Below, piece after piece: positions 34,163 to 48,525 of a DNA stretch of 64,000 nt. Position 1 is the first letter of the stretch, and each line of letters starts with the position of its first letter. The DNA lies in NCBI RefSeq assembly GCF_009914755.1, contig NC_060938.1, one strand, 5' to 3'. The DNA is from the human T2T-CHM13v2.0 reference genome, Homo sapiens. Both the position numbers and the translations under genes were made by a program. The notes under the pieces were generated by a model. That model was not told where the DNA came from and made no database searches. It worked only from the letters and a program-made list of their open reading frames with translations.

Positions 34163-37100
34163 AAGAATGGTTTAACTCCGGGAGAAGAATGCATACATGA
34201 TAAAGAAGTTTCTCAGAATGCCTCTGTCTACTTTTTATGTTAAGATATTTGTTTTTCACCTTAGGCCTCAAAGTGCTCAGAAATATCCCTTTGCAGATTG
34301 TACAAAAAGATGGTTTTCAAACTGCTCAATGAAAACAAGGGTTCAACACTGTGACATGAATATGCACATCACAAAGAAGTTTTTCAGAAAGCTTCTGTTT
34401 AGTTTTTAAGTGAAGATATTTCCTTTTTCACCATAGGCCTCAAAGTGCTCCAAATATCCTTTTGCAGAATCTACAAAAAAAGAGTTTCCAAACTGTTCAA
34501 TTAAAAGAAAGATTCAACTCTGTGAGAAGAAAGCACACATCACAGAGAAGTTTCTCATAATGCTTCTGTCTACTTTTTTTGTGAAGATATTTCCTATATC
34601 ACCATAGGCCTCAAAGGTCTCACAAATATCCCTTTGCAGACTCTACAAAAACACAATTTTCGAACTGCTCCATGAAAAGAAAGGTTCAGCTCTGTGAGAT
34701 GAATGCACACATAATAAATTACTTTCTCATAATGCTTCGGTCTAGTTTTTATGTGAAGATATTTCTTTTTCACCATAGGCATCAAACCGTTCAGAAATAT
34801 CCCTTTGTAGATTGTACAAAAAGACTGTTTCCAAACTGCTCAATCAAAAGAAAGGTTCAAACATGTGAGATGAGTGCACACATAACAAGAAGTTTCTCAG
34901 AAATCTTCTGTCTTGTTTTTATGTGAAGATATTTCCTTTCTCAACATAGGCCTCAAAGCAATCCAAAAATCCGTTTGCAGATTCTACAAAAAGACTGTTT
35001 CCCAACTGATCAATCAAAACAAATTTTTAGCTCTCTGAGATGAAAGCACACATCACAAAAAAGTTACTCAGATAGCTTCTCTCTAGTTTGTATGTGAAGA
35101 TATTTCCTATTTCACCTGACGCCATAAAGGGCTCACAAATATCCCTTTGAAGGTTCTACAAAAAGACAGTTTCCAAACTGTTTAATCAAAAGAAAGTTTC
35201 AACTCTGTGAGATGAATGGACACATCACAAAGAAATTTCTCAGAATGCTTCTGTCTAGTTATTATGTGAAGATATTTCCTTTTTCACCATAGTCTTTAAA
35301 CCGCTCAAAAATATCCCTCTGCAGATACTATAAAAAGACTGTTTCCAAACTGGTCCATCAAAGAATGTTTCAACTCTGTGAGATGAATAGACTCATCACA
35401 AAGAAGTTTCTCAGAATTCTTCTGTCTAGTTTTTATGTGAAGATATTTCCTTTTTCACCATAGGCCTCAAATCACTCCAAATATCCATTTGCAGATTCTA
35501 CAAAAAAGAATGTTTCCAAACTGGTGAATCAAAAGAAAGGATCAACTCTGTGAGACGAAAGCACACATCACAAAGAAGTTTCTCAGAAAGCTTCTGTCTA
35601 CTTTTTATGTGAAGGTATTTCCTTTTGCACCATAGGCCTTAAACCGCTCACAAATATAACTCCACTTATACTACCAAGAGACTTTCTACAAATTGCTCAA
35701 TCAAAAGAAACGTTCAACTCTGTGAGATGAATGCACACATCACAAAGAAGTTTCTGAAAATGCTTTTGTCTAGTTTTCATGTGAAGATATTTATTTTTCA
35801 CCATTGGCCTCAAACTGCTCAGAAATATCCCCTTGCAGTTTCTACAAAAAAACTGTTTCCAAACTGCTCACTGAAAAGAAATGGTCAACTCTTAGATATG
35901 AATGGAAATGTCACAAAGAGTTTTCTCAAAAAGCTACTGTGTAGTTTTTATGTGAAGATATTTCCTTTTTCACTATAGGCCTTAAAACACTCCAAATATA
36001 CATTTGCAGATTCTACAAAAAGACTGTTTCCAAACTGCTCAATCAAATGAAAGGTTCAACTCTGTGATACAAACGTGCACACCACAGAGGAGTTTCTCAG
36101 AAAGCTTCTGTCTAGTTTTTATGTGAAGATATTTCATATTTCAACATAGGCCATAAAGGGCTCACAAATATCCCTTTGTAGATTCTAAGAAAAGACATTT
36201 TCCAAACTCCTCAGTCAAAAGAAAGGTTTAACTCTGTGAGATGAATGGACACATCACAAAGAAGTTTCTTAGAAAGCTTCTGTCTAGTTTTTATGTGAAG
36301 ATATTTCTTTTTCACTATAGGCCTCAAACGGCTAAGAAATTTCCCTTTGCAGCTTCTACAAAATACTGTTTCCAAACTGCTCAATCGAAAGAAAGGTTGA
36401 ATTCTGTGACATGAATTTACACAACACAAAGAAGTTTCTCAGAAATCTTCTGTCTAGTTTTTATGTGAAGATACTTTCTTTTTCACCATGGGCCTCAAAT
36501 AGTTCCAAATATCCATTTGCAGATTCGACAAACAGACTTTCCAAACTGCTCAATCAAAAGAAAGGTTCAACACTGTGAGATGAAAGCACACATCAGAAAG
36601 AATTTTCTCAGAAATCTTCTGTCTAGTTTTTATGTGAAGATATTTCATATTTCACCACAGGCCATAAAGGGCTCACAAGTATCCCTTGCAGATTCTACAA
36701 AAGGACTGCTTCCAAACTGCTCAATCAAAAGAAAGGTTCAACTCTGTGACATGAATGGACATATCACAAAGAAGTTTCTCAGAATGCTTCTGTCAAGTTT
36801 TTATGTGCAGATATTTCGTTTTCACCATAAGCCTCAAATGGCTCAGAAATATATCTTTGCAGATTGTACAAAAAGACTGTTTCCAAGCTGCTCATTCAAA
36901 AGAAAGATTCAACTCTGTGAAATGAAAGTGCACATCACAAAGAAGTTTCTCAAAATGCTTCTGTCTTGTTTTTATGTGCATATATTTCCTTTTTAAGTGT
37001 AGGCCTCAAATCTCTCCAAATATCCGTTTGTAGATTCTTCAAAAATACTGTTTCCAAAGTTATCAACCAAAAGAAAGGTTCAACTCTGTAGGATGAAAGC

Positions 37101-40100
37101 ACACATCACAAAGAAGTTTCTCAGAAAGCTTCTGTCTAGTATTTATGTGAATATATTTCCTATTTCACCATAGAACTCAAGGGGATCACAAATATCCCTT
37201 TGCAGATTCTACAAAAAGACTGCTTCCAAACTGCTCAATGAAAAGAAAGGTTCAACTCTGTGAGGTGAATGCACAGATAAAAAAGAAGTTTCTCAGAATG
37301 CTTCTGTCAAGTTTTTATGTGAAGTTATTTCTTTTTCACCATAGGCCTCAAACCACTCAGAAATATTCCTTTGCAGATTGCACAAAAAGAATGTCTCCAA
37401 ACTCCTCAATGAAGAGAGAGGTTCAACTCTTTGAGATGAATGCAAATATCACAAAGATATCTCAAAAAGTTTCTGTCTGGTTTTTATGTGAAGATATTTT
37501 GTTTTTCACCATAGGCCTCAAACCGCTCACAAATATACCTTTGCAGATTCTACAAAATGACTTGTTCACAAACTGTTCAATGAAAGAAAGGTTCAAATCT
37601 GTGAGATGAAAGCACGCATCACAAAGAAGTTTCTCAGAAAGTTTCTGTCTAGTTTTTATGTGCAGATACTTCCTTTTTCACCTTATGCCTCAAAGCACTC
37701 CAAATATCTGTTTACAGATTCTACAAAAAGAGTGTTTCCAAACTGCTCAATCAAAGGAAAGGTTCAACTCTGTGAAATGAAAGCATACATCACAAAGAAG
37801 TTTCTCAGAATGCTTCTGTCTAGTTATTATGTGAAGATATTTCCTATTTCACTATAGTACTCAAAGGGCTCAGAAGTATCCCTTTGCAGATTCTACAAAA
37901 GGACTGTTTCCAAACTGCTCAATAAAAAAAAAGTTCAACCCTGTGAGATGAAAGCATGCATCACAAAGAAGTTTCTCAGAAAGCTTCTGTCTAGTTTTTA
38001 TGTGAAGATATTTCCTATTTCACCATAGGCCTCAAAGGGCTCAGAAATATCCCTTTGCAGATTCTATGAAACGTCTGTTTCTGAACTACTCAATGAAATG
38101 AAAGGTTCAACTCTGTGGGTTGGATGCGTATATCACAAAGAAGTTTCCCAGAATGCTTCTGTCTAATTTTTATGTGAAGATATTTCTTTTTCACCATAGG
38201 CCTAAAACTGCTCAGAAATATCCCTTTACAGATTGTACAAAAAACTGTTTCCAAACTGCTCAATGAAAAGGAAGATTTGACTCTGTGTGATGAATGCAAA
38301 TATCACAAAGAGGTTTCTCAAAAAGCTTCTCTCTGGTTTTTATGTGAAGGTATTTCCTTTTTCCATAGGCCTCAAACCACTAACAAATATCCCTTTGCAG
38401 ATTCTACAAAAAGACTGTTTGCAAACTGCTCAATGAAAAGAAAGGTTAAACTTTGTGTGACGAAAGCACACATCACAAATAAGTTTCTCAGAATGCTTTT
38501 GTCTAGTTTTATGTGAAGAAGTTTCATTTTTCACCATACACCTCAAAGCGCTCCAAATATCCATTTGCAGATTTTACAAAAAAACTGTTGCCAAATTGCT
38601 CAATCAAAAGAACGGTACAGCTCTGTGAGATAAATGCACACATCACAAAGAAGTTTCTCAGAAAACTTCTGTTTAGTTTATATGTGAAGATATTTCCTTT
38701 TTCACCATGGGCCTCAAAGAGCTCCAAATATCCACTTGCAGATTCTATAAAAAAAGTGTTTCCAAACTGCTGAATCAAAATAAAGTTTTAACTCTGTGAG
38801 ATGAAAGCACACATCACAAAGGAGATTCTTAGAAACTTTCTATCTAGTTTTTATTTGAAGATATTTCATATTTCAAAATAGGTCTCAATGGGCTCAGAAG
38901 TTTACCCTTACAGATGCCACAAAAAGAGTGTTTCCAAAAAGCTCAATCAAAAGAATGGTTTAACTCTATAAGATGAATGCGCACATTACAAAGAGGTCTC
39001 TCAGAATGCTTCTGTCTAGTTTTTTTGAGAAGCCATTTCCTTTTTCACTATAGGCCTCAGTCTGCTCACTAATAGCCCTCTGCAGATACTACAAAAAGAG
39101 TCTTTCCAAACTGCTCAATCAAAATGAAGTTTCAAATCTGTGAGATGAAAGCCCACATCACAAAGAAGTTTCTCAGAAAGTTTCTGTCTAGTTTTTATGT
39201 GAAGATATTCCCTATTTCACCTTAGGCCTCAAAGGGATCACAAATATCCCTTTTCAGATTCTTCAAAAAACTGTTTCCAAACTGCTTCATCAAAAGAAAG
39301 GTTCAACTCTTTGAGATCAATGCACACATAAAAAATTAGTTTCTCAGAATGCTTCTGTCAACTTTTTATGTGAAGATATTACTTTTTCACCATAGGTCTC
39401 AAACCGTAAACAAATATTCCTTTGCAGATTGCACAAAAAGTATGCTTCCACACTGCTCAATAAACAGAAAGGTTCAACTCAGTGAGATGAATGCAAACAT
39501 CCCAAGAGTTTTCTGAAAATGCTTCTATCTGGGTTTTAGGTGAAGATATTTACTTTTTCACCATAGGCCTCAAACCAGTCACAAATATCCCTTTGCAGAT
39601 TCTACAAAATGAATTGTTGCCAAATTGCTCAATGAAAAGCAAGGTCCAAATCTGTGAGATGAAAGCATGCATCACAAAGAAGTTTCTCAGAAAGTTTCTG
39701 TCTAGTTTTTATATGCAGATATTTCCTTTTACACCATAGGCCTCAAAGCACTCCAAATATCCATTTGCAAGTTCTACAAAAAGAGTGTTTCCAAACTGCT
39801 CAATCAAAAGAGAGGTTCAACTCTGTGAGGTGAATGCACACAGCATGAAGTAGTTTTTCAGAAAGCTTCTGCCTTGTTTTTATGTAAAGACATTTCCTAT
39901 TTCACCATAGGCCCCAATTGGCTCAGAAATATCCCTTTACAGATTCTACAAAAGTACTCTTTCCAAACTTCTCAATCCAAGGAAAGTTTCAGCTCTGTGA
40001 TGTGAATGCAGACATCACAAAGAAGTTTCTCAGAATGCTTCTGTCTAGTTTTTATGTGAAGATATTTCCTGTTCACTATAGGCCTAAAATGCTGCAAATA

Positions 40101-43100
40101 TCCATCTTCAGATTCTACAAAAAGACTGTTTCCAAACTTCTCAATCAAAAGAAAAGTTCAACTCTGTGAGATGAAAGCACACATCACAAAGAAGTTTCTC
40201 AGAAATCTTCTGTTTAGTTTTCTTTGTGAAGATATTCCTTATTTCACCATAGGCCTGAAAGGGCTCACAAATATCCTTTTGCATATTCTACAAAAAGACT
40301 GCTTCCAAACTGCTCAATCAAAAGAGAAGTTCAACTCTGTGTGATGAATGCACACATTACAAAGAAGTTTCTCAGAATGCTTTTGTATAGGTTTTATGTG
40401 AAGATATTTCTCTATCACAATAGGCCTCAAATGGCTCAGAAATATCCCTTTGCAGATTGTACAAAAAGACTGTTTCCAAACTGCTCTATCAAAAGAAAAG
40501 TTCAACACTGTGAGATGCATGCACATATCACAAAGAAGTTTCTCAGAAAGCTTCTGTTTTGCTTTCATGTGAAGATATTTCCTTTTTCACCATAGGCCTC
40601 AATGGGCTCAGAAATATCCCTTTGCAGATTCTATGAAAGGCCTGTTTATTAAACTGCTCAATCTAAAGAAAGTTTCAACCCTGTGAGATGAATGCACACA
40701 TCATAAACAAGTTTCTCACAATGGATCTGTCAGCTTTTTATGTGAAGATATATTCTTTTTAACCATAGGCCTTAAACTGCTCATGAATATTCCTCTGCAG
40801 ATACTACAAAAAGACTGTTTCCAAACTGCTGCATCCAAAGAAATGTTCATCTCTGTGAGATGAATACACACATCACAAAGAAGTTTCTCAGAATGCTTCT
40901 GTCTGGTTTTCATTTGAGGATATTTCCTTTTTCACCATAGGCCTCAAAATTTTCCAAATGCCCATTTACAGCCTCTACAAAAAGAGTGTTTCCAAACTGC
41001 TCTTTCAAAAGATAGGTTCATCTCTGTGAGATGAAAGCACACATCACAAAGTAGTTTCTCAGAAAGCTTCTGTGTAGTTTTTATGTGAAGATATTTCCTT
41101 TTTCACCATAGGCCATAAAGGGCTCACAAATATTTTTTGCAAATACTACAAAAAGACTTTTTCCAAACTGCTCAATCCAAAGAAAGGTTCAAATCTGTGA
41201 GATGAATGGACACATCACAAAGAAGTTTATCAGAATGCATCTGTCCAGTTTTTATGTGAAGATATTTCTTTTTCACCCTTGGCCTCAATGGGCTCAGAAA
41301 TATCCCTTTGCAGATTCTAAAAAAGGACTGTTTCCAAGCTTCTCAATCTAAAGAAAGGTTCACCTCTGTGAGTTGAATGCGCACATCACAGAGAAGTTTC
41401 CCAGAATGCTTCTGTCTAGTTTTTATGTGAAGGTATTTACTTTTTCACCATAGGCCTCAAACTGCTCACAAATATCCCTCTGCAGATACAACAAAAGTAC
41501 TGTTTCCAATCTGCTATATCAAAAGATAGGCTCAACAACATGAGATGAATGCACACATCACAAAGAAGTTTCTCAGAATGCTTCCATCTAGTTTTTATGT
41601 GAAGATATTTACTTTTTCACCATAGGCCTCAAAGCACTCCAAACATCCATTTGCAGATTCCACAAAAAGACTGTTTCCAAACTTCTCAATCAAAAGAAGG
41701 GCTCAACTCTGTGAGATGAAAGCACACATCAAAAAGAAGTTTCTTGGAAAGCTTCTGTCTTTTTATTTGAGGATATTTCCTATTTCACCACAGGCCTCAA
41801 AGGAATCACAAATATCCCTTTGAAAATTCTACAAAAAGACTCTTTCCAAACTGCTCAATGAAAAGAAAGTTTCAACTCTGTGAGGTGAATGCACACTTAA
41901 AATAGAAGTTTCTCAGAATGCTTCTGTCTAGTTTTTATGTGAAGATATTACTTTTTCACCATAGGCCTCAAACCGCTCAGAAATATCCCTTTGCACATTG
42001 TATAAAAAGACTGTTTATAGACTGCTCAAAGAAAAGAAAGATTCAACTCTGTCAGATGAATGCACACAAAAAAACTAAGTTTCTCGGAATGCTTCTGTAT
42101 AGTTTTTATGTGAAGATATTTTATTTTTCACCATAGGCCTTTAACTGTTCACAAATATCCCTCTGCAGATACTACAAAAAGACTGTTTCCAAACTGCTCC
42201 AAGAAAAGAAAGGTTCAACTCTGCGACATGAAGGCACACATCACAAGGAAATTTCTCAGAATGATTCTGTCTAGTTTTTATGTGAAGATAATTCTTTTTC
42301 CCCATAGGCATCAAACGGCTCAGAAATATCCCGTTGCAGGTTGCACAAAAAGATGGTTTCCAATCTGCTCAATCAAAAGAAAGGATCAGCTCTGTGATAT
42401 AAATCCACACATCACAAAGAAGTTTCTCAGAAAGCTTCTTTTTAGCTTTTTTGTGAAGATATTTCCTTTTTCACCATAGGCCTAAAAGTGCTGCAAATAT
42501 CCATTTGCGGATTCTACAAAAAGAATGTTTCCAAGCTGCTTGACCAAAAGAAAAGTTCATCTCTGTGAGATGAAAGCACACATCTCAAAGCATTTTCTCA
42601 GAAAGATTCTGTCTTATTTTTATGTGAAGATATTTCCTATTTCACCATAGGCTGTAAAGCGCTCACAAATATCCATTTGCATATTCAAAAAAAAAAAGAC
42701 TCCAAACTGCTCAAAAAAAAGAAAGGTTCAACCCTGTGAGATGAATGCACACATCAGAAACAAGTTTCTCAGAATGCTTCTGTCTAGTTTTGATGTGAAG
42801 ATATTTCTTTTTCACCATCGGCCTCAAATGGCTCAGAAATATCCTTTTGCTCATTTTACAAAAAGACTGTTTCTAAACTGCTCAATCAAAAGAAAGATTA
42901 AACTCTATGAGATGAATGCACACATCACAGGAAGCTTCTCAGAAAGCTTCTGTTTTGTTTTTATTTGAAGATATTTCCTTTTTCACCATAGCCTTCAATG
43001 GGCTCAGAAATATCCCTTTGCAGATTCTACAAAAGGACTGTTTAGAAAACTGCTGAATCCAAAGAAAGATTCAACTCTGTGAGATGAATGCACACATCAC

Positions 43101-46100
43101 AAAGAAGTTTCACAGAATGCATCTGTCTAGTTTTTATGTGAAGGTATTTCTTTTTTGACCATAGGCCTCAAAGCACTCCAAATACCCATTTGCAGATTCT
43201 ACAAAAAGAGTGTTTCCAAACTGCTCAATCAAAAGGAAGGTTCAACTCTGTGACACGGAAGCACACGTCACAAAGAAGTTTCTCAGAATGCTTCTGTCTA
43301 GTTTTTTTGTGAAGATATTTCCTATTTCACCTTCAGTCATATAGGGCTCAAAAATATTTTTTGCAGATTCCACAAAAAGACTGTTTCCAAACTGCTCAAT
43401 CCAAAGAAAGTTTTAACTCTGTAAGATGAATGGACACATCACAAAAAAGTTTATCAGAATGCTTCTGTCTAGTTTTTATGTGAAGACATTTCTTTTCCAC
43501 CCTAGGCTTCAATGGGCTCAGAAATATCCCTTTGCAGAGTCTACAAAAGGACTGTTTCCAAGCTGCTCAATCAAACAAAGGTTCAACATTATGAGATGAA
43601 TGCACACACTGCAGAGATGTTTCTCACAATGCTTCTGTCTATTTTTTATGTGAAGGTATTTCCTTTTTCACCATGGGCTTCAAAGCACTCCAAACATCCA
43701 TTTGCTGATTCCACAAAAAGACTGTTTCCAAGCTGCTCAATCAAAGAAAGGTTCAACTCTATGAGATGAGTGCACACATCACAGAGATGTTTCTCACAAT
43801 GCTTCCATCTATTTTTTATGTGAAGGTATTTCCTTTTTCACCATAGGCCTCAAAGCGCTCCAAACATCCATTTGCTGATTCCACAAAAAGACTGTTTCCA
43901 AACTGCTCAATCAAAAGAAAGGTATAACTCCGTGAGTTGAAAGCACACATCACAAAGAAGTTTCTCAGAAAGCTTCTGTTTAGTTTTTTTGTGAGGATAT
44001 TTCCTGTTTCACCATGGGCCTTAAAGGGCTTAAAAATATTTTTTGCAGATTCCACAAAAAGACTGTTTCCAAATTGCTCAGTGAAAAGAAAGTTTCAACT
44101 CTGTGAGTTGAAAGCACACATCACAAAGAAATTTCTCAGAATGTATCTTTCTAGTTTTTTTGTGAAGATATTTCCTTTTTCACCATAGGCCTCAAAGCAC
44201 TCAAAGTATCCATTTGCAGATTTTACCAAAAGACTGTTTACAAACTGCTAAATCAAAAGAAAGTTTCAGCTCTGTGATATGAATGCACGCATCACAAAAA
44301 AGTTTCTCAGAAATCTTCTGTTTAGTGTTTATCTGAAGATATTTCCTTTTTCACCATAGGCCTCAAAGCGCTCCAAATATGCATTTCCAGATTCTATAAA
44401 AAGTCTGTTTCCAAACTGCTCAATGAAAAGAAAGGTTCGACTCTGTGAGATGAAAGCACATATCACCAAGAAGTTTCTCAGAGTGTTTCTTTCTACTTTT
44501 TTTGTGAAGATATTTCCTTTTTCACTATAGGCCTCAAAGCGCTCTAAATATCCATTTGCAGATTATACAAAAAGACTGTTTACAAACGGCTCAATCAAAA
44601 GAAAGTTTCAACTCTGTGAGATGAATGCATGCGTAACAAAGTAGTTTCTCAGAAAACTTCTGTTTAGTTGTTATGTGAAGATATTTCCTTTTTCACCATA
44701 GGCCTCAAAACACTCCAATTATCCATTTGCAGATTCTGCAAAAAGAGTGTTTCCAAACTCCTCAGTCAAAAGAAATGCTCAACTCTTTGAGATGAAAGCA
44801 CTCATTGAAAAGAAGTTTCTCAGAAATCTTCTGTCTAGCTTTCATGTGAAGGTATTTCCTATATCACCAAAGGCCTCAATGGGCTCAGAAATATCCCTTT
44901 GGGGATTCTACAATAAGACTGTTTCCAAACTGCTCTAGCAAAAGAAAGCTTCAACTCTGTGAGATGAATGCACCCATCACAAAAAAAGTTTCTCAGAATG
45001 TTTCTGTGTAGTTTTTATATGAAGATATTTCCTACTTCACCATAGGTCTCAAAGGGTTCACAATTATCCCTTTGTAGATTTTACAAAAAGACTGTGTCCA
45101 AATCTTCAATCAAACAAATGTTCAACTGTGTGAGATGGATGCAAACATCACAAAGAAGTTTCTCAGAATGCTTCCTTCTAATATTTATGTGATATTTCCT
45201 TTTTTACCATAGGCCTCAAAGTGCTCCAAACATCCATTTGCAGATTCTACAAAAAGACTGTTTCCAAACTTCCCAATCAAAAGAAAGGTTCAACTCTGTG
45301 AGATGGAAGCACACATCACAAAGAAGTTTCTTAGAAACTTTCTGTCTAGTTTTTATGGGAAGATATTTCATATTTCACCATAGGCCTCAATGGGCTCAGA
45401 AATATACCTTTGCAGATTCTACAAAAGGATTGTTTCCAAACTGCTCAATCCAAAGAAGGGTTCAACACTGTGAGATGAATTCACACATCACAAAGAAGTT
45501 TCTCAGAAAGCTTCTCTCTAGTTTTTATGTGAAGATATTTCCTTTTTCACCATAGGCCTCAAACCGCTCGCAAATATCCCTCTACAGATACTACAAAAAG
45601 ACTGTTTCCAAAGTGCTCAATCAAAAGAAAGGTTCAACACTGTGTGATGAATGCACACGTCACCAAGAAGTTTCTCAGAATGCTTCTATCTAGTTTTTAT
45701 GTGAAAAGATTTCCATTCTCACCAAGGCCTCAAAACTCTCCAAATATCCATTTGCAGATTCTACAAAAAGATGGTTTCCAAACTGCTCAATGAATAGAAA
45801 GGTTCAACTCTGTGAGATGAAAGCACGCATCACAAAGAAGTTTCATAGAATGTTGCTTTCTAGTTTTTATGTGAAGATACTTCCTTTTTCACCATAGTCT
45901 TCAAAGTGCTCTAAATATCCATTTGCAGATTCTACAAAAAGTGTGTTTCCAAACTGCTCAATCAAAAGAAAGGTTCAACTCTGTGAGATGAAAGTACACA
46001 TCACAAAGAAGTTTCTCAGAAAACTTCTGACTAGTTTTTATGTGAAGCTATTTCCTAATTCACCATAGGCCTCAATGGGCTCACAAATATCCCTTTGCAG

Positions 46101-47351
46101 ATTCTACAAAAAGACTCTTTTGAAACTCCTCAATCAGAAGAAAGGTTCAACTCTGTGATATGAATGCATACATCGCAAAGAAGTTTCTCAGAATGTTTCT
46201 GTCTAGTTTTTATGTGAAGATATTTCCTTTTTCACCATAGGCCCCAAAGTGCTCCAAATATCCATTTGCATATTCTACAAAAAGACTGTTTCCAAACTCC
46301 TCAATCAAAAGAGAGGTATAACTCTGTGATAGGAAAGCACACTTCACAAAGAAGTTTCTCAGAATGCTTCTGTCTAGTTTTTATGTGAAGATATTTCCTA
46401 TTTCACCTTAGGCCATAAAGGGCTCACAAATATCCCTCTGCAGATTCTAGAAAAGGACTCTTTCCAAACTGCTTAATCAAAAGGAAGTTTCAACTCTTTG
46501 AGATGAATGCACACATCACAAAGAAGTTTCTCAGAAAGCTTCTGTCCTCTTTTTATTTGAAGGTATTTCCCTTTTCACCATACCTATCAAAGCACTCAAA
46601 ATATCCCTTTGCAGATTCTCTGAAAAGACTGTTTCCAAACTTCTCAATCAAAAGAATGGTTCAACTCTGTGAGATGAATGCACACATCACAAAGAAGTTT
46701 CTCTGAAGTCTTCTGTCTAGTTTTTATGTGAAGATATTTCCTTTTTCACCGTATGGCCTAAAGACACTCACAAATATCCCTTTGCAGATTTTATAAGAAC
46801 AGAGTTTCCAGGCTCATCAAAGAATAGAAACTTTTATCTCTCTGAGATGAGTGCACATCTTACAGAACAGCTTCTCAGAAAAATTCTTTATAGTTTTTAT
46901 TGAAGATATTTCATTTTTCACCATAGGCCTCATAGAGCTGACAAATATCCCTTTGCGGATTCTACAAAAAGTCTGTTTACAAACTGCTCAATCAAAAGAA
47001 TGGTTCAACTCTGTGAGATAAATGCACACATCACAAAGAGGTTTCTCAGAAATCTTCTGTCTAGTTTTTATGTGAAGATATTTCCTTTCTCACCATAGGC
47101 CTCAAAGCGCTCATAAATATCCCTTTGCAGAATCTACAAATAGACAGTTTTCAAACAGCTCAGCAAAAAGACTGTTTCAACTCTGTGAGATGAATGCACA
47201 CATGACAAGGAGGTTTCTCAGAGAACTTCTGTCTATTTATTATGTGAAGGTATTTCCTTTTTCACCAAAGGCCTCAAAGCGCTCACAAATATCTCCTTGC
47301 ATATTCTACAAGAACAGAGTATCCAAACTGATTAATCAAAAGAATGCTTCA
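34163..47351 (-). repeat. Alpha satellite, mixed 171/172-bp older family, reverse orientation
   Basis: CTCCAAATATCCATTTGC and CTCA(C/G)AAATATCCCTTTGC monomers interspersed. Confidence 0.96.
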
Positions 47352-48525
47352 CATAAAATCCCCAGAAGAAAACCTAGGCAATACCATTCAGGACATAGGC
47401 ATGGGCAAGGACTTCATGTCTAAAACACCTAAAGCAATGGCAACAAAGCCACAATTGACAAATGGGATCTAATTAAACTAAGGAGCTTCTGCACAGCAAA
47501 AGAAACCACCATCAGAGTGAACAGGCATCCTACAGAATGGGAGAAAGTTTTTGCAACCTACTCATCTGACAAAGGGTTAATATCCAGAATCTACAATGAA
47601 CTCAGACAAATTTACAGGAAAAAAGTCAAACAACCCCATCAAAAAGTTGTTGAAGGATATGAACAAACACTTATCAAAAGAAGACATTTATGCAGCTAAT
47701 GAACAAATGAAAAAATGCTCATCATCATTGGCTATCAGAGAAATGCAAACCAAAACCACAATGAGATATCATCTCACACCAGTTTGTATGGTGATAATTA
47801 AAAAGTTAGGAAACAACAGGTGCTGGAGAGGATGTGAGAAATAGGAACATTTTGCACTGTTGGTGGGACTGTAAACTAGTTCAACAATTGTGGAAGTCAG
47901 TGTGGTGATTCCTCAGGGATCTAGAACTAGAAATATCACTTGACCCAGCCATCCCATTACTGGGTATATACCCAAAGGATTATAAATCATGCTGCTTTAA
48001 AGACACATGCACACGTATGTTTATAGCAGCACTATTCACAACAGCAAAGACTTGGAACTGACCTAAATGTCCAACAACGATAGACTGTATGAAGAAAATG
48101 TGGCACATATACACCATGGAATACTATGCAGCCATAAAAATAATGAGTTCATGTCCTTTGTAGGGACATGGATGAAGCTGGAAACCATCATTCTCAGTGA
48201 ACTATTGGAAGGACAAAAAATCAAACACCGCATGTTCTCACTCATAGTTGGGAATTGATCAATGAGAAGACATGGACACAGGAAGCAAAACACCACACAC
48301 CACACATCAGGGACTGTATTCGGGTGGGGGGAGGGGGAGGGATAGCATTAGGAGATATACCTAATGCTAAATGATGAGTTCATGGGTGCAGCACACAAAC
48401 ATGACATATGTATACCTATGTAACAAACCTGCACATTGTACATATGTACCCTAAAACTTAAATTATAATAATAATAAAAGTAAATAAATAAATAAATAAA
48501 CCCAGAGCTCCAAAAAACAAAAAAG
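47352..48525 (+). mobile_element. 5'-truncated LINE-1 (L1PA3/L1PA4-like) with TSD and double A-tail
   Basis: ORF2 C-terminal peptides; GATGAAGCTGGAAACC and GGATTATAAA diagnostics; TSD AAGAATG(C/G)TTCA at 47340-47351 and 48526-48537. Confidence 0.95.
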
